NCBI GenBank assembly: GCA_942490825.1
Contig: CALNYG010000003.1
Span: 68,105 to 132,104, forward strand
DNA: 64,000 bases
Direction of reading: 5' to 3'
Source: Candidatus Moraniibacteriota bacterium
Lineage (GTDB): Bacteria > Patescibacteriota > Minisyncoccia > Moranbacterales > GCA-2747515
Under the pieces are notes generated by a model. The model did not search any database, had not been told where the DNA came from, and saw only the letters and a list, made by a program, of their open reading frames with translations. Position 1 is the first letter of the stretch. Every line of letters starts with the position of its first letter. This document shows, piece after piece, positions 1 to 9,327 of this stretch. The position numbers and the translations under genes were made by a program.

Positions 1-82
1 CTATGCCCCAAACAAAAAGTTACAAAACTTTCAACAAGAATAGTTAAAAAAGTAGCTAACAATGAACTTATTAAAATCATAT

Positions 83-331
83 TTATTCACTTTCACTTTC
101 CTCTTCACTATCTCTTAATTTAGCAATTAAAGCGAAAGAAACAATAATTCCAATGATCACAGTGATTCCAATGATAATATATTGTGGCTCAATAATATCA
201 AAAAACTTAGTTCTTTCATCCTTGGGAATTTTATCAAAATTGCCAGGAGGTAGCATATCAGCAAAAGCTTCTTGAGTTGAAAATAAGAGTGATAAAGTTA
301 AAATTGATAAAAAGTTTAAATATTTTTTCAT
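83..331 (-). CDS. small anchored/secreted protein, unknown family
   Basis: 82-aa ORF. Signal-like N-terminus (LSILTLSLLFSTQEAFA), one hydrophobic helix (IIIGITVIIGIIVSFALIA) and an acidic tail. Confidence 0.45.
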   Translation of the reverse strand: MKKYLNFLSILTLSLLFSTQEAFADMLPPGNFDKIPKDERTKFFDIIEPQYIIIGITVIIGIIVSFALIAKLRDSEEESESE

Positions 332-347
332 TTTTTTAAATTAATAA

Positions 348-1505
348 TTATAAATTCATTTTTAATTCTTTTTTGAAATATGGCTTTAATAAACTTAAAC
401 CAATAAATACAGAAAAAACTGAAATTAATATTACTATAAAAATATTAATATCTTCACGAAGAATTGGCTTAAGCGTTTCTGAACCTAAATAAATAGGTAA
501 TGCTCCTGCTATTAAAGCTAAGCAAGCAAACCCAAAAGCTGTAGCTGGTCTACCTTCAAATAGATTAGATCGACAAACTAAAGTAATTGGCATAGTCATT
601 TGAAAAAGACCCATTCCTAAAATCGCTAGAAATGCAGAGTCCTTTGCAAAAGCCATCAATGGAGCTGAAATAAGTAATGAAAAAACCGCTATTTTTGTCC
701 AACCAATTTTATCACCAACAAGTCCACCTAAAGCCTTACCAGAAGCAATTGCTAAAACTAAAATCAATGGCAACCAGAAACCTTTTTGCCACTCAAAACC
801 AGCCGTTAATCCATGTAACGATCGAATAGCTACTGAAAACCAAAGTGTCCAACTTATAAAATCCCAAAACTTTATTTTTTTTCTAGTATCTACTCTAACA
901 TAATTTACTTTAGGTGTTTTCAAAAAAAATACAGCTATAGCAGAAGCAATTAATGATATAATTAGAAAAATTTGTGTTCCAAGAGAAAAACTTATATAAA
1001 AACTATAATCATTAAAAAATGATATACTTGTTCCTTTTCCAATAACAATTCCAGAAAAAAGACCTAGTGCTCCAGGAGCTACAAATATACCTGCTGGTAA
1101 TAATTTTCTTGGAGTAAAACTTAAGCTTATGCTTCCACCACCGACATGGAAAAGAGCGTCTCCAATTCCTGCTAAAATTACTACTAAAACAGGATCGTAA
1201 GTAACAAAAAATGCTAGACCAATTAAAATAAAACTAAATATAGTTGCTTCACGTGGAACTTGATATTTATCAATGAAAATACCAAACATCATTTGTAAAC
1301 CAAATGAAAAAAAGTTATAAAGAACTATTAAAACAAAGGAATCCCACGGATTATAGCCATACCTTATTAATGAAGCCATTACAACAGCACCTGCCGACAT
1401 ATCAGCAATCCAATGAGTAAAACTGTAACTTAGTAAAGTTACCCACATTTTTTTAGTCATTTTGTTGACTAGTTTAACTTTTTTCTCTTGTTTTTCCTTT
1501 TTCAT
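348..1505 (-). CDS. polytopic integral membrane protein, family not recognised
   Basis: 385-aa ORF with about 10 hydrophobic segments and Gly-rich motifs (DALFHVGGGSISL, GKALGGLVGDKIG). The true start may be an internal Met. Confidence 0.55.
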   Translation of the reverse strand: MKKEKQEKKVKLVNKMTKKMWVTLLSYSFTHWIADMSAGAVVMASLIRYGYNPWDSFVLIVLYNFFSFGLQMMFGIFIDKYQVPREATIFSFILIGLAFFVTYDPVLVVILAGIGDALFHVGGGSISLSFTPRKLLPAGIFVAPGALGLFSGIVIGKGTSISFFNDYSFYISFSLGTQIFLIISLIASAIAVFFLKTPKVNYVRVDTRKKIKFWDFISWTLWFSVAIRSLHGLTAGFEWQKGFWLPLILVLAIASGKALGGLVGDKIGWTKIAVFSLLISAPLMAFAKDSAFLAILGMGLFQMTMPITLVCRSNLFEGRPATAFGFACLALIAGALPIYLGSETLKPILREDINIFIVILISVFSVFIGLSLLKPYFKKELKMNL

Positions 1506-1568
1506 AAACCCGAAAAATTATTTAAATATAAATTATTTTTTAATTTTAACAGAAACAGTCTTGTAGTT

Positions 1569-2021
1569 TTATTTTTTTGAATTTTTAACTTTGATGCAAT
1601 CTTCAACAACAGCTATGTCTTTAGGTTGAGCAAGCATTTTATTGAAAATAAAAAGCGTCGCTTTTCCATCTTTATCTATAACCAAAGAATTTTCTTTATA
1701 AACGTATTTCGTTGCTCCATTCACTACTTCTTTAAGTTTCATATTAGGTGAACCAGCTGGACCACTATAATCATCAATCACAGTAGCGTTAGCAGTTCTA
1801 TTTTTTATATTCTTTTCTGATCCAATAATTTCTACAATTAATTTTTGACTTTCATTACATATATATTCTTCCTTTCCATCCGTTAATTCTAACCCGATTG
1901 CATTTGTTTGAGATATTCGTGATAAATTTCCAATATAATTAACAGCAACGGCAACTAAAACAATTAATAGTAAAACTACTGATCCCCAAAAAAGAGGCAT
2001 ATTTGTTTGGTTTTTCTTCAT
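1569..2021 (-). CDS. N-terminally membrane-anchored protein, unknown function
   Basis: 150-aa ORF with a single N-terminal TM helix (LFWGSVVLLLIVLVAVAV). Confidence 0.5.
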   Translation of the reverse strand: MKKNQTNMPLFWGSVVLLLIVLVAVAVNYIGNLSRISQTNAIGLELTDGKEEYICNESQKLIVEIIGSEKNIKNRTANATVIDDYSGPAGSPNMKLKEVVNGATKYVYKENSLVIDKDGKATLFIFNKMLAQPKDIAVVEDCIKVKNSKK

Positions 2022-2207
2022 AAAACTATTATTTTATTTGATAAAATTTTAAATTAAAAGACATTTTTATTCTCTCAATGTTCATTTTAAACCTATAAGT
2101 AAAATAATGCAAACCAGAAATAGATAAATGAGAAGTTGTAATCTGTAGACTAAATATTTTATTATTTAATTTTAACTATTTTTTGATTATTTACAATAAA
2201 CTAAGAT

Positions 2208-2492
2208 CTATTTGTCTGAAGTGTTGATTTTAATGGCTTTTCCTTGAACTATAGCTAAACTTATTTTTTCTTGAGCTGAAGTGAGGATTCTTTGAAATGT
2301 GCTTTGGGATGTGTGCATTTTTTCGGCTGCTTCAGTTTGGTTTAGTTTTTCTTCGTGTTTTAGGCGTAATGACTCCCATTCTTCTAAAGTTACTTCCATA
2401 ACCTCAAGTGAACGTAACGGAATTGATCGAGGTTTATAAAAAGTTACATTTGGGCTAAGACTTATATTTCGACAAAGTTTTGGTCTAGTCAT
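2208..2492 (-). CDS. DUF134 (UPF0251) family putative DNA-binding protein
   Basis: N-terminus MTRPKLCRNISLSPNVTFYKPRSIPL and an HTH-like segment (QTEAAEKMHTSQSTFQRIL) match the DUF134 pattern. Overlaps the upstream ORF by 8 nt. Confidence 0.75.
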   Translation of the reverse strand: MTRPKLCRNISLSPNVTFYKPRSIPLRSLEVMEVTLEEWESLRLKHEEKLNQTEAAEKMHTSQSTFQRILTSAQEKISLAIVQGKAIKINTSDK

Positions 2493-2700
2493 TTTGCATG
2501 AATTGTTTAATTTTTTGTAAATTTTCTAATTTATTTTGCAATCTCTCTTCTTCTTTTTCTAAAGCTTCTAATGAATAATCATTATAAAAACAACGTTTTC
2601 TTTTACAAGAATTATTCTTTGATTCTATTGTGTTTGTATCTCTTTTGCATTCTCCTTTTGGTTTGTTTCCAAATGGTCCTGTTTGATCTAAGTTTGGCAT
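2485..2700 (-). CDS. DUF5320-like small coiled-coil protein
   Basis: MPNLDQTGPFG N-terminus and a C-terminal coiled coil (LEKEEERLQNKLENLQKI). Translationally coupled to the DUF134 gene. Confidence 0.5.
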   Translation of the reverse strand: MPNLDQTGPFGNKPKGECKRDTNTIESKNNSCKRKRCFYNDYSLEALEKEEERLQNKLENLQKIKQFMQND

Positions 2701-2767
2701 ATTTTTTATAAATTATTATTTATATTTTGAGTATATACCCATAATTGTTTTGGGTCAAATTTTTTTG

Positions 2768-4060
2768 GCTCTTTAACATCTTTGGGCAACTAAATTTAAT
2801 AAAATTGTCATCGGAAGAATACAAAATAATAATCTTTTACAAAAACGTTCAACATTTCTAATCCCAAAATGATTCCTTTTAATTCTTTCAAAATGATTAT
2901 GAATTCCTTCAGTATAAGCATTAGTTGTTTTAGATAAATAATAATTTAATATTTCATCAAACCATCTTGTTAATGTATTAGCCAAATCTTTCATATATTT
3001 TGATTCTGAAGTTTTGCAAAGACTGATGACATATTTTAATTGTTTTTGAGCTTCTTTTCTATTACTTTTCCAATATACTTTTCTGAGTTGATGAATTATT
3101 TTCCAACTTTGTTTTAACTTAGGAACTTTAACAAAAACTTTTTCTAATTTATTAAATTCTTCAATTGTTAATTTGTGTGTAGGTATCATCAGTAATTGAT
3201 TTATTTTATAAGATTCATTGTTGATATCTTGGAAAACTTTTTTTGTTCTTTTAATAAAAAGACAGCCCACTGAATTACATGAAAATGATCAATCACAATA
3301 ACCGCATTAGGAAAACATTCTTTAATAATAGCTGGAAAAAAAGAGTCCATATCAATACATACTTCTTTAACTGCTAATCTAAATTTTAAATCAATTTTTA
3401 ATAATTCTTTCAGCAATTCTTTTTGTGATAAATTTGGTAGAACACCTATCACCTCATTATCAATTAAATTAGTAATGTTAAAAACTTGTTTTCTTTTGCT
3501 AACTCCTTTGCCATCCATTCCAATTCTTTGAATAGATTTATCCCAAATTAATGAAGTATTTACCATTTCATCAATCATTCTCAGAGCCGACATAATGCTT
3601 ATCTGTCTAGATATAGCTAGTCCGCTATATGTGGTTTCTCTTAATTCTATGACAGAGTTTTTTTAAAAGCTGTGCTCATTTGTTGCCCTTTTTTAACTTG
3701 AGGTAAAGATTCCCAAAGTTTCTTTTTATGTTTAGAAAAATAAAATCTTCTTTGAGTAATAGCTATAAAAACTTTTTTATTTTCAAACATAGAATGAGCA
3801 ATTATTCTATTTCTTTTTTGATTAATTTTTTTACTTACCTCATTTTTTAATTTAAATGAATTCTTTTGTAAATGACAATGTAAAATTATTTTATCATTTT
3901 TTTCTTCAAATTTATCTAAAATATATCCTTCTAAATTGAATATTTTTTTAATCTCTTTTTTTTGCATTTTTAAAATATTAAATTATTAAAATAACTTAAT
4001 ATTTAAGCATAGAATTTAACAAATTTCAATACTTAGCTTTGCCCAAAGATGTTAAAGAGC
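2768..4060 (-). mobile_element. ISL3-family insertion sequence (decayed)
   Basis: Perfect 22-bp terminal inverted repeats: GCTCTTTAACATCTTTGGGCAA at 2768-2789 and its reverse complement at 4039-4060. The GGCTCTT-type end is typical of ISL3. They enclose transposase fragments. No clean target duplication seen. Confidence 0.8.
2773..3967 (-). pseudogene. ISL3-family transposase split into three reading frames
   Basis: Three consecutive ORFs (3647-3967, 3201-3593, 2773-3270) carry the N-terminal, central (VIVIDHFHVIQW) and C-terminal (TNAYTEGIHNHFERIKRNHFGIRN) ISL3 motifs. At least two frameshifts. Confidence 0.8.
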
Positions 4061-4080
4061 TGTTTTTTTTAGGAAATTTA

Positions 4081-4114
4081 AAAGGCTCTAAAACGTGTTC
4101 ACGCTAGAGCCTTT
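4081..4114. terminator. hairpin downstream of nhaA at the edge of the G+C-rich island
   Basis: AAAGGCTCTA (4081-4090) pairs with TAGAGCCTTT (4105-4114) around a 14-nt loop, with T/A-rich flanks. Lies 26 nt beyond the nhaA stop. Confidence 0.5.
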
Positions 4115-4140
4115 TTTGTTCAATCTCTCCTTAATAAAGA

Positions 4141-5319
4141 TTAATTTTTTACTTTTTTCATGGTCAGGTGTAAAACCATATATCCCACAACCCCTGAAAT
4201 GAGTGAACCGAGAATGATTCCCAGTCGCTCATCAAAGGCCACATGCATGCCGTTTTTATGAAAGGCTAAGCCGCCGACGAAAAGACTCATCGTGAATCCT
4301 ATGCCGCAGAGTATGGAGACTCCGTAGAGATTTTTAAAATTAATATCGCCGGGAAGTTGAGCGATTTTGAGTTTCACAGCCAAAAAGCTGAGCCCGAACA
4401 CACCGAACTGCTTACCGAAAAAGAGTCCGAGAGCGATGCCCGCTGGTACAGGATGGAGTAACTGTTCCAACCCTATACCGTGCAAATTAATACCGGAATT
4501 GGCAAAGGCAAAGATCGGCAGAATAGCGTAGACAATCCAAGGGTGCAATGCACGCTCAAGTTTTTTGAGTGGGGAAATTTCCGGGTTATCCTTGAAAAGC
4601 GGGATGAACATGGCAAGAAGCACACCGGAAATAGTGGCATGAATACCAGATTGTAAGGTGGCATACCACATAACAATACCCACCAGGATATACGGAGTTT
4701 TTCGAATAACGTTCACTTTGTTCATTGCCGCCAGGATCAAGACACAACCCAGGACCACAGCAAGCGGGAGAAAGGCTATCTTGCTGGTATAGAAAAAAGC
4801 GATGATGAGGACTGCGCCCAGATCGTCAAAAATAGCCAGTGAGGTCAGGAAGATTTTTAATTAATTGGGAATCCTTGACCCGAGCAGGGCCAGTACGCCC
4901 AGAGCAAAAGCGATATCAGTAGCCGTGGGAACAGCCCAGCCGCGCATTGCCTGTGCATCCCCTATATTCATGATTATGTATATAAGAGCTGGCAGTAGCA
5001 TTCCGCCGACGGCTCCAACAACAGGGAGCATAATATTACGTGGATCCGAGAGTTCCCCCTCTAAAATCTCACGCTTCAGCTCAAGCCCGACAAGGAAAAA
5101 GAAGACGGCCATCAGTCCGTCATTGATGAAATGATGGAACGACAGGTCAAGACCGATTGCCTTGATGCCAGGAATCCAACCGAAAAGATGAAGATGAAAA
5201 AAATCTTCGTACAGGTGCTGAATTCCCGGTATATTGGCACAGATAACCGCCAGTGTTGCAGATAGCATCAGCAGAAAGATAAAAAAGTCAACTGCAGACA
5301 CAAAAAAATCACCATTCAA
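4141..5319 (-). pseudogene. nhaA: Na+/H+ antiporter NhaA, inactivated (in-frame TAA, no ATG start)
   Basis: ORFs 4861-5319 and 4141-4860 are colinear with NhaA (INDGLMAVFFFLVGLELKRE, ATDIAFALGVLALLGSRIP, AIFDDLGAV, CGIGFTMSLF). They are in the same frame, separated only by TAA at 4861-4863. The 5' end begins at TTG straight after an in-frame stop. Confidence 0.85.
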
Positions 5320-5352
5320 AGCGATCTTTTAAAAGAAAAAACAAAAATTCAA

Positions 5353-6288
5353 TTACGACTTTTTATTTCTCAAATAAACAGGTAAACCACAAAAACTAAC
5401 CAACATCTGCAAAAAACGACCAATCAAAACAACCGTCACTACCCCACTAGACGCAATACCAAACAACCCAAACAAAGTGATATAAGCCCATTCCTTGATC
5501 CCAACATTGCCAACACTAATTGGAGTTGAAGCAATAATACTAATCAAAAAAATAACACTCAAATAATTCAAAATATTTACCTCAATTCCCATAGATAAAA
5601 AAAGCATATAATTAGGCAACGCAACCCCCACAAAAGCAAACAAAAAAGAATACAGCATAAAACTAAAAACCATTTGTCTTTTTCTGAAACTAGCAAAATC
5701 CAATAAATATTCAAAAACTTTTTTAGGCAAAAAACCTAATTTTTCTTTAACAAATTCTTTCTTTTGTCTTACTAAAAAAATTAAAATTAAAAAAGCAAAA
5801 AATCCCCCAACTAATCCCAAAAAAATAAATTGTAAAATAAAATTTTGCAATAAAATCTCAAAATTAAGCAAACCAAAAGAAATACTCAAAATCATAATTC
5901 CCAAAAGACCAGAGAGTCTATCTACCACAACTGTACCAGAACTCACTTTAAAATTTTTATCTTCTTTGCCTAACTGATAAATACGATAAGCATCTCCACC
6001 AACAAAAGACGGCAAAAAATTATTAATGAAAGTTCCTGTAAGATAAGTCTCAATATAAAACCTTAATTTATAAGAAAAATTTTTGAAGCTTGCCAAAGCT
6101 TGCCATTTGCGAGCTGAAATAATAATTCCTGTGCAGTAAAAAATTAAAAAATAAAGAATATAAATAAACTTAACATTTTTAAGATGACCAGCAACTTCCT
6201 GCCAATTTATAGAAAATACCAGCCAATAAACCAGTATTCCGCTAACTAAAAATTTACTTATAAATAATAATCTTTTTTTTGTGAACAT
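5353..6288 (-). CDS. flippase-like / lysylphosphatidylglycerol-synthase TM-domain family membrane protein
   Basis: 311 aa with about 8 TM segments. The NNFLPSFVGGDAYRIY motif is typical of the UPF0104/LPG_synthase_TM family. Confidence 0.6.
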   Translation of the reverse strand: MFTKKRLLFISKFLVSGILVYWLVFSINWQEVAGHLKNVKFIYILYFLIFYCTGIIISARKWQALASFKNFSYKLRFYIETYLTGTFINNFLPSFVGGDAYRIYQLGKEDKNFKVSSGTVVVDRLSGLLGIMILSISFGLLNFEILLQNFILQFIFLGLVGGFFAFLILIFLVRQKKEFVKEKLGFLPKKVFEYLLDFASFRKRQMVFSFMLYSFLFAFVGVALPNYMLFLSMGIEVNILNYLSVIFLISIIASTPISVGNVGIKEWAYITLFGLFGIASSGVVTVVLIGRFLQMLVSFCGLPVYLRNKKS

Positions 6289-6320
6289 AAAAATCTTATT
6301 TTAAAAACTTAGAATTTTTC

Positions 6321-6378
6321 TGTCATTCTGAACGAAATAATTTTTATGAAATAAAAATTATGTAGTGAAGAATCCCCC
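6321..6378 (+). repeat. structured intergenic repeat TGTCATTCTGAACG-[10-bp hairpin]-GTGAAGAATCCCCC, copy 1
   Basis: Conserved flanks at 6321-6334 and 6365-6378. The internal stem is ATAATTTTTA/TAAAAATTAT. The second copy is at 35434-35491. A mini-hairpin ATGTCAT-CCTGAAAAA-ATGACAT follows at 6404-6426. Confidence 0.7.
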
Positions 6379-6476
6379 AAAGAGAAACACAAAGCTTTCC
6401 ATTATGTCATCCTGAAAAAATGACATATCTGAAGGTTCGTGTAATTTTGTAAAATCAAAAATTTAAACCCTAAAAA

Positions 6477-6493
6477 GCCCGTGCGGCGAGCAC
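6477..6493 (-). repeat. GC-box repeat GTGCTNGCCGCACGGGC (copy 1, reverse orientation)
   Basis: GCCCGTGCGGCGAGCAC flanked by A/T runs. The same 17-mer occurs at 14925-14941 and 35380-35396, the latter with one substitution. Confidence 0.7.
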
Positions 6494-6496
6494 TTT

Positions 6497-7651
6497 TTAA
6501 ACCCTTTCATAAAAACTAATATAATCATCTGCTACAACTTCCCAGCTCATTTGTTCCGCTAATTCCCTACTTACTTTACCCATTTTATCAACTTCATCTA
6601 GATTCTCAATCAAATATTCCAATTTATTTGCAATTACATCTGAATTTTCCGTTTCAATTAAAAAGCCATTTTCACCATCTACCACTAATTCTTCTGCACC
6701 ACCAACTGGAGTCATTAAAGCTGGCATTCCAGAAGCTAAAGCCTCCAGTAAATTATTACTCATCCCCTCATTTAAAGATGGCATCACAAAAATATCCGCT
6801 CTATTATAAATTATAGGGGATTGTTCTTTTGTATAATGCCCAAAAAATTTAATCCTATCATTTAAACCTAAATCAGCAACTTGATTTTTTAATTCTTCCA
6901 TCGCATTTCCCTCGCCACCTGCAATTACCATTTTCATTCTTGGATATCTTCCAGCAATCTTTGCAAAACCACTTACTGCATATTTAATGCCCTTTCGTTT
7001 TGACAATCGAGAAGCACAAAGAATGATCAATTCTTTTTCACGATCTTCTTTAGTTCGAATGCTTGGTTGATAAAAGTCTGTATCCACTCCATTAAAAATT
7101 ACATTAAATTTTTGTTCCGGAGAAGTATTTTTAGCTAATTCAGTAAGTCCTTTGCTGTTTGTAATTACAAATCTTGAATTTTTCCAAATCAATTTAATTA
7201 AAGAAGTCAAAGCTTTGTAAATAGATTCAAATCGCTCACTATATCCTGGAACATCTGCTCCTCGTGGTGAAACAATATAAGGAATTTTATATTGCCATTT
7301 TAACAACAAAGAAATAAAGCCACATGGCACTGCAAAAAAACTGTGAGTTAAATCATAGTCATTTTTTTTAATTAACTTTCGAGCGTAAAAATAAGCTTTA
7401 AAAGTGTACTTTATCAATTCCCATTGTGACTGATAATTTAAATTTTCTGAGTTTTTTCCAATTGGTATTTTATAAATTGAAACATTATCACCTAAGTTTT
7501 CTTTTTCGTATTGACCTGTAATTGAAGAAGTTATTAAATCCACAATAACATCGTTTCGTTTTGCGAATTCTAAAAGTAAATGTTTTGTGGCATTTCCTGC
7601 ACCTCCTCCTAATGGTGGATATTCGTAATTAAAAAATAGAACTTTTTGCAT
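6497..7651 (-). CDS. GT4-family glycosyltransferase
   Basis: 384 aa with a GT-B layout. C-terminal E-x7-E region PSLNEGMSNNLLEALASGMPALMTPVGGAEELV. Confidence 0.85.
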   Translation of the reverse strand: MQKVLFFNYEYPPLGGGAGNATKHLLLEFAKRNDVIVDLITSSITGQYEKENLGDNVSIYKIPIGKNSENLNYQSQWELIKYTFKAYFYARKLIKKNDYDLTHSFFAVPCGFISLLLKWQYKIPYIVSPRGADVPGYSERFESIYKALTSLIKLIWKNSRFVITNSKGLTELAKNTSPEQKFNVIFNGVDTDFYQPSIRTKEDREKELIILCASRLSKRKGIKYAVSGFAKIAGRYPRMKMVIAGGEGNAMEELKNQVADLGLNDRIKFFGHYTKEQSPIIYNRADIFVMPSLNEGMSNNLLEALASGMPALMTPVGGAEELVVDGENGFLIETENSDVIANKLEYLIENLDEVDKMGKVSRELAEQMSWEVVADDYISFYERV

Positions 7652-7660
7652 AATTATAAA

Positions 7661-9151
7661 TTAGTTATTACACTCAATATCTACATCTGAATTTTCTTGA
7701 GTAACCTCAACACACTTATCATTTCTAATTTTAATTTTTGATGAATTATCTATTTCAAAAAAAGGAATATTTACATTTTCAAAATTAGTATTATCGACAT
7801 CTTCTAATAGTACAGAGAATTTATCTTTATTATTATCTACTTGAAAGTTTTCAAACACAACATTACTGATTTTTGTTTTTAATCCCACAAATCTAATAAC
7901 CGTTTTTCCTGTATTATTAATTTTTACATTACTAAATTTAACATTTTTCATTTCAGGCACCTTTTTTCCTTTATCAATATTTTTACTACCACTGGCATAA
8001 CGAAAGTCAATTCTTACAGCTTCTTCAGAATCTTTTATCAAAATATCTCTGAATAATAAATTTTCTATTATACCTCCTCTCCCAATTCTAGTCTTCATTC
8101 TCAAGCCCTTATCTGATTGTTCAATTGTTAAATTTTCAACTAAAATATTTCTAATATCCCCTGATGTTTCACTACCAATTGTAACTGCTCCATGACCTTT
8201 TTCAATAAAATTGTCTTTAATTACAATATCTTGAGATGGCTTACCTACTCTCCAACCGTCTTGATCTTTTCCAGATTTTATCACAATTGCATCATCTCCG
8301 CTGGCAATACTATTATTTTCAATTAAAACATTAGTTGATGAATCTATTGCAATTCCATCAGTATTTGAATCACTTGTTCTTATGTTTACATTACGTATAA
8401 TTAAATTTTCTGTATATACAGGATGTATTGTCCACATAGGAGGACCATCAGTAACTGTAATCCCTTCGATTAAAACATTTTTTGAATTATAAGGTTGAAT
8501 AAATGAAGGTGCTAAATAATCATCAGGATTTCCAAAAATTCTATCTTCAATTTTAACATTATCTTCAGACATTTTATACAATCTTTTTCTTCCAGCATCT
8601 CTCTTTTTTTTGAAATCATACCATCCATTTGGTTCACCATTTTTTTGAATTGTTCCTTTTCCTGTAATAGCCACGTTTATACAATCAGGCATATATACCA
8701 TAGGAGAAAAATTCATTATTTCAGTTCCCTCATAACGACCTTTTACAACTGGTAGATAATCGGTTGGATTTGAAGAGAAAGTTAAAATTGAATTTTCTTC
8801 TAAAAACAAATTTATATTACTTTTTAAGTGAATTGGACCATTAAGTGCCCATTCACCAGCTGTAACTTTTACCACCCCACCGCCTTTAGATGAGCAATCC
8901 TCAATAGCTTTTTTAAAAGATTCTACATTATGATTTTCATTTTTATTATCTATTTTTACAGCACCATAATCAGAAACATTGCAAATATTCTGAGGAAAAG
9001 TTGGAGAATCAAGATTTTCAACAGATTCAACAAAACTTAAATCTATTTCTATTTGTTTATCAAAAAGTTTATCTTTAAAAATCCAACAAAAACAACTACA
9101 AAATAATATAACAAAAATCAGGATAATTAATTTTTTATTTTTTTTAAACAT
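7661..9151 (-). CDS. GH28-like (polygalacturonase-fold) glycoside hydrolase, N-terminally anchored
   Basis: All four GH28 motifs in the expected order: SNTDGIAID, SGDDAIVIKSG, KGHGAVTIGSE, GLRMKT. N-terminal hydrophobic helix. Confidence 0.8.
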   Translation of the reverse strand: MFKKNKKLIILIFVILFCSCFCWIFKDKLFDKQIEIDLSFVESVENLDSPTFPQNICNVSDYGAVKIDNKNENHNVESFKKAIEDCSSKGGGVVKVTAGEWALNGPIHLKSNINLFLEENSILTFSSNPTDYLPVVKGRYEGTEIMNFSPMVYMPDCINVAITGKGTIQKNGEPNGWYDFKKKRDAGRKRLYKMSEDNVKIEDRIFGNPDDYLAPSFIQPYNSKNVLIEGITVTDGPPMWTIHPVYTENLIIRNVNIRTSDSNTDGIAIDSSTNVLIENNSIASGDDAIVIKSGKDQDGWRVGKPSQDIVIKDNFIEKGHGAVTIGSETSGDIRNILVENLTIEQSDKGLRMKTRIGRGGIIENLLFRDILIKDSEEAVRIDFRYASGSKNIDKGKKVPEMKNVKFSNVKINNTGKTVIRFVGLKTKISNVVFENFQVDNNKDKFSVLLEDVDNTNFENVNIPFFEIDNSSKIKIRNDKCVEVTQENSDVDIECNN

Positions 9152-9327
9152 GTCTAAAATATATATTTATGATTTATAACTACCCAAACTAAAAAATAGC
9201 TTTCTTTAAAAAATTATAACATAAATTAAAAATAAATAAAGGTTTAAAAGTGCGCTTGAATAAATCAAAAATTTTTGTTAAAATAATATAGTCGTAAAAA
9301 AGTTAAATCTATAACAAATAAATAAAT

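Noticed and set aside
2760-4068. 8-bp target-site duplication for the ISL3 element.
   Set aside because: The flanks (TTTTTTTG on the left, TGTTTTTT on the right) are both T-rich but not identical, so no duplication can be claimed.
4861-4863. The in-frame TAA in nhaA as a recoded or read-through codon.
   Set aside because: This is a single occurrence in a compositionally foreign gene that also lacks a proper start. A nonsense mutation in a decaying gene is the simpler explanation.
4473-5134. Track ORFs 4473-4676 (-) and 4865-5134 (+) inside nhaA.
   Set aside because: They are out-of-frame or antisense shadows made possible by the high G+C content of the island. They carry no motifs and overlap a clearly recognisable NhaA frame.
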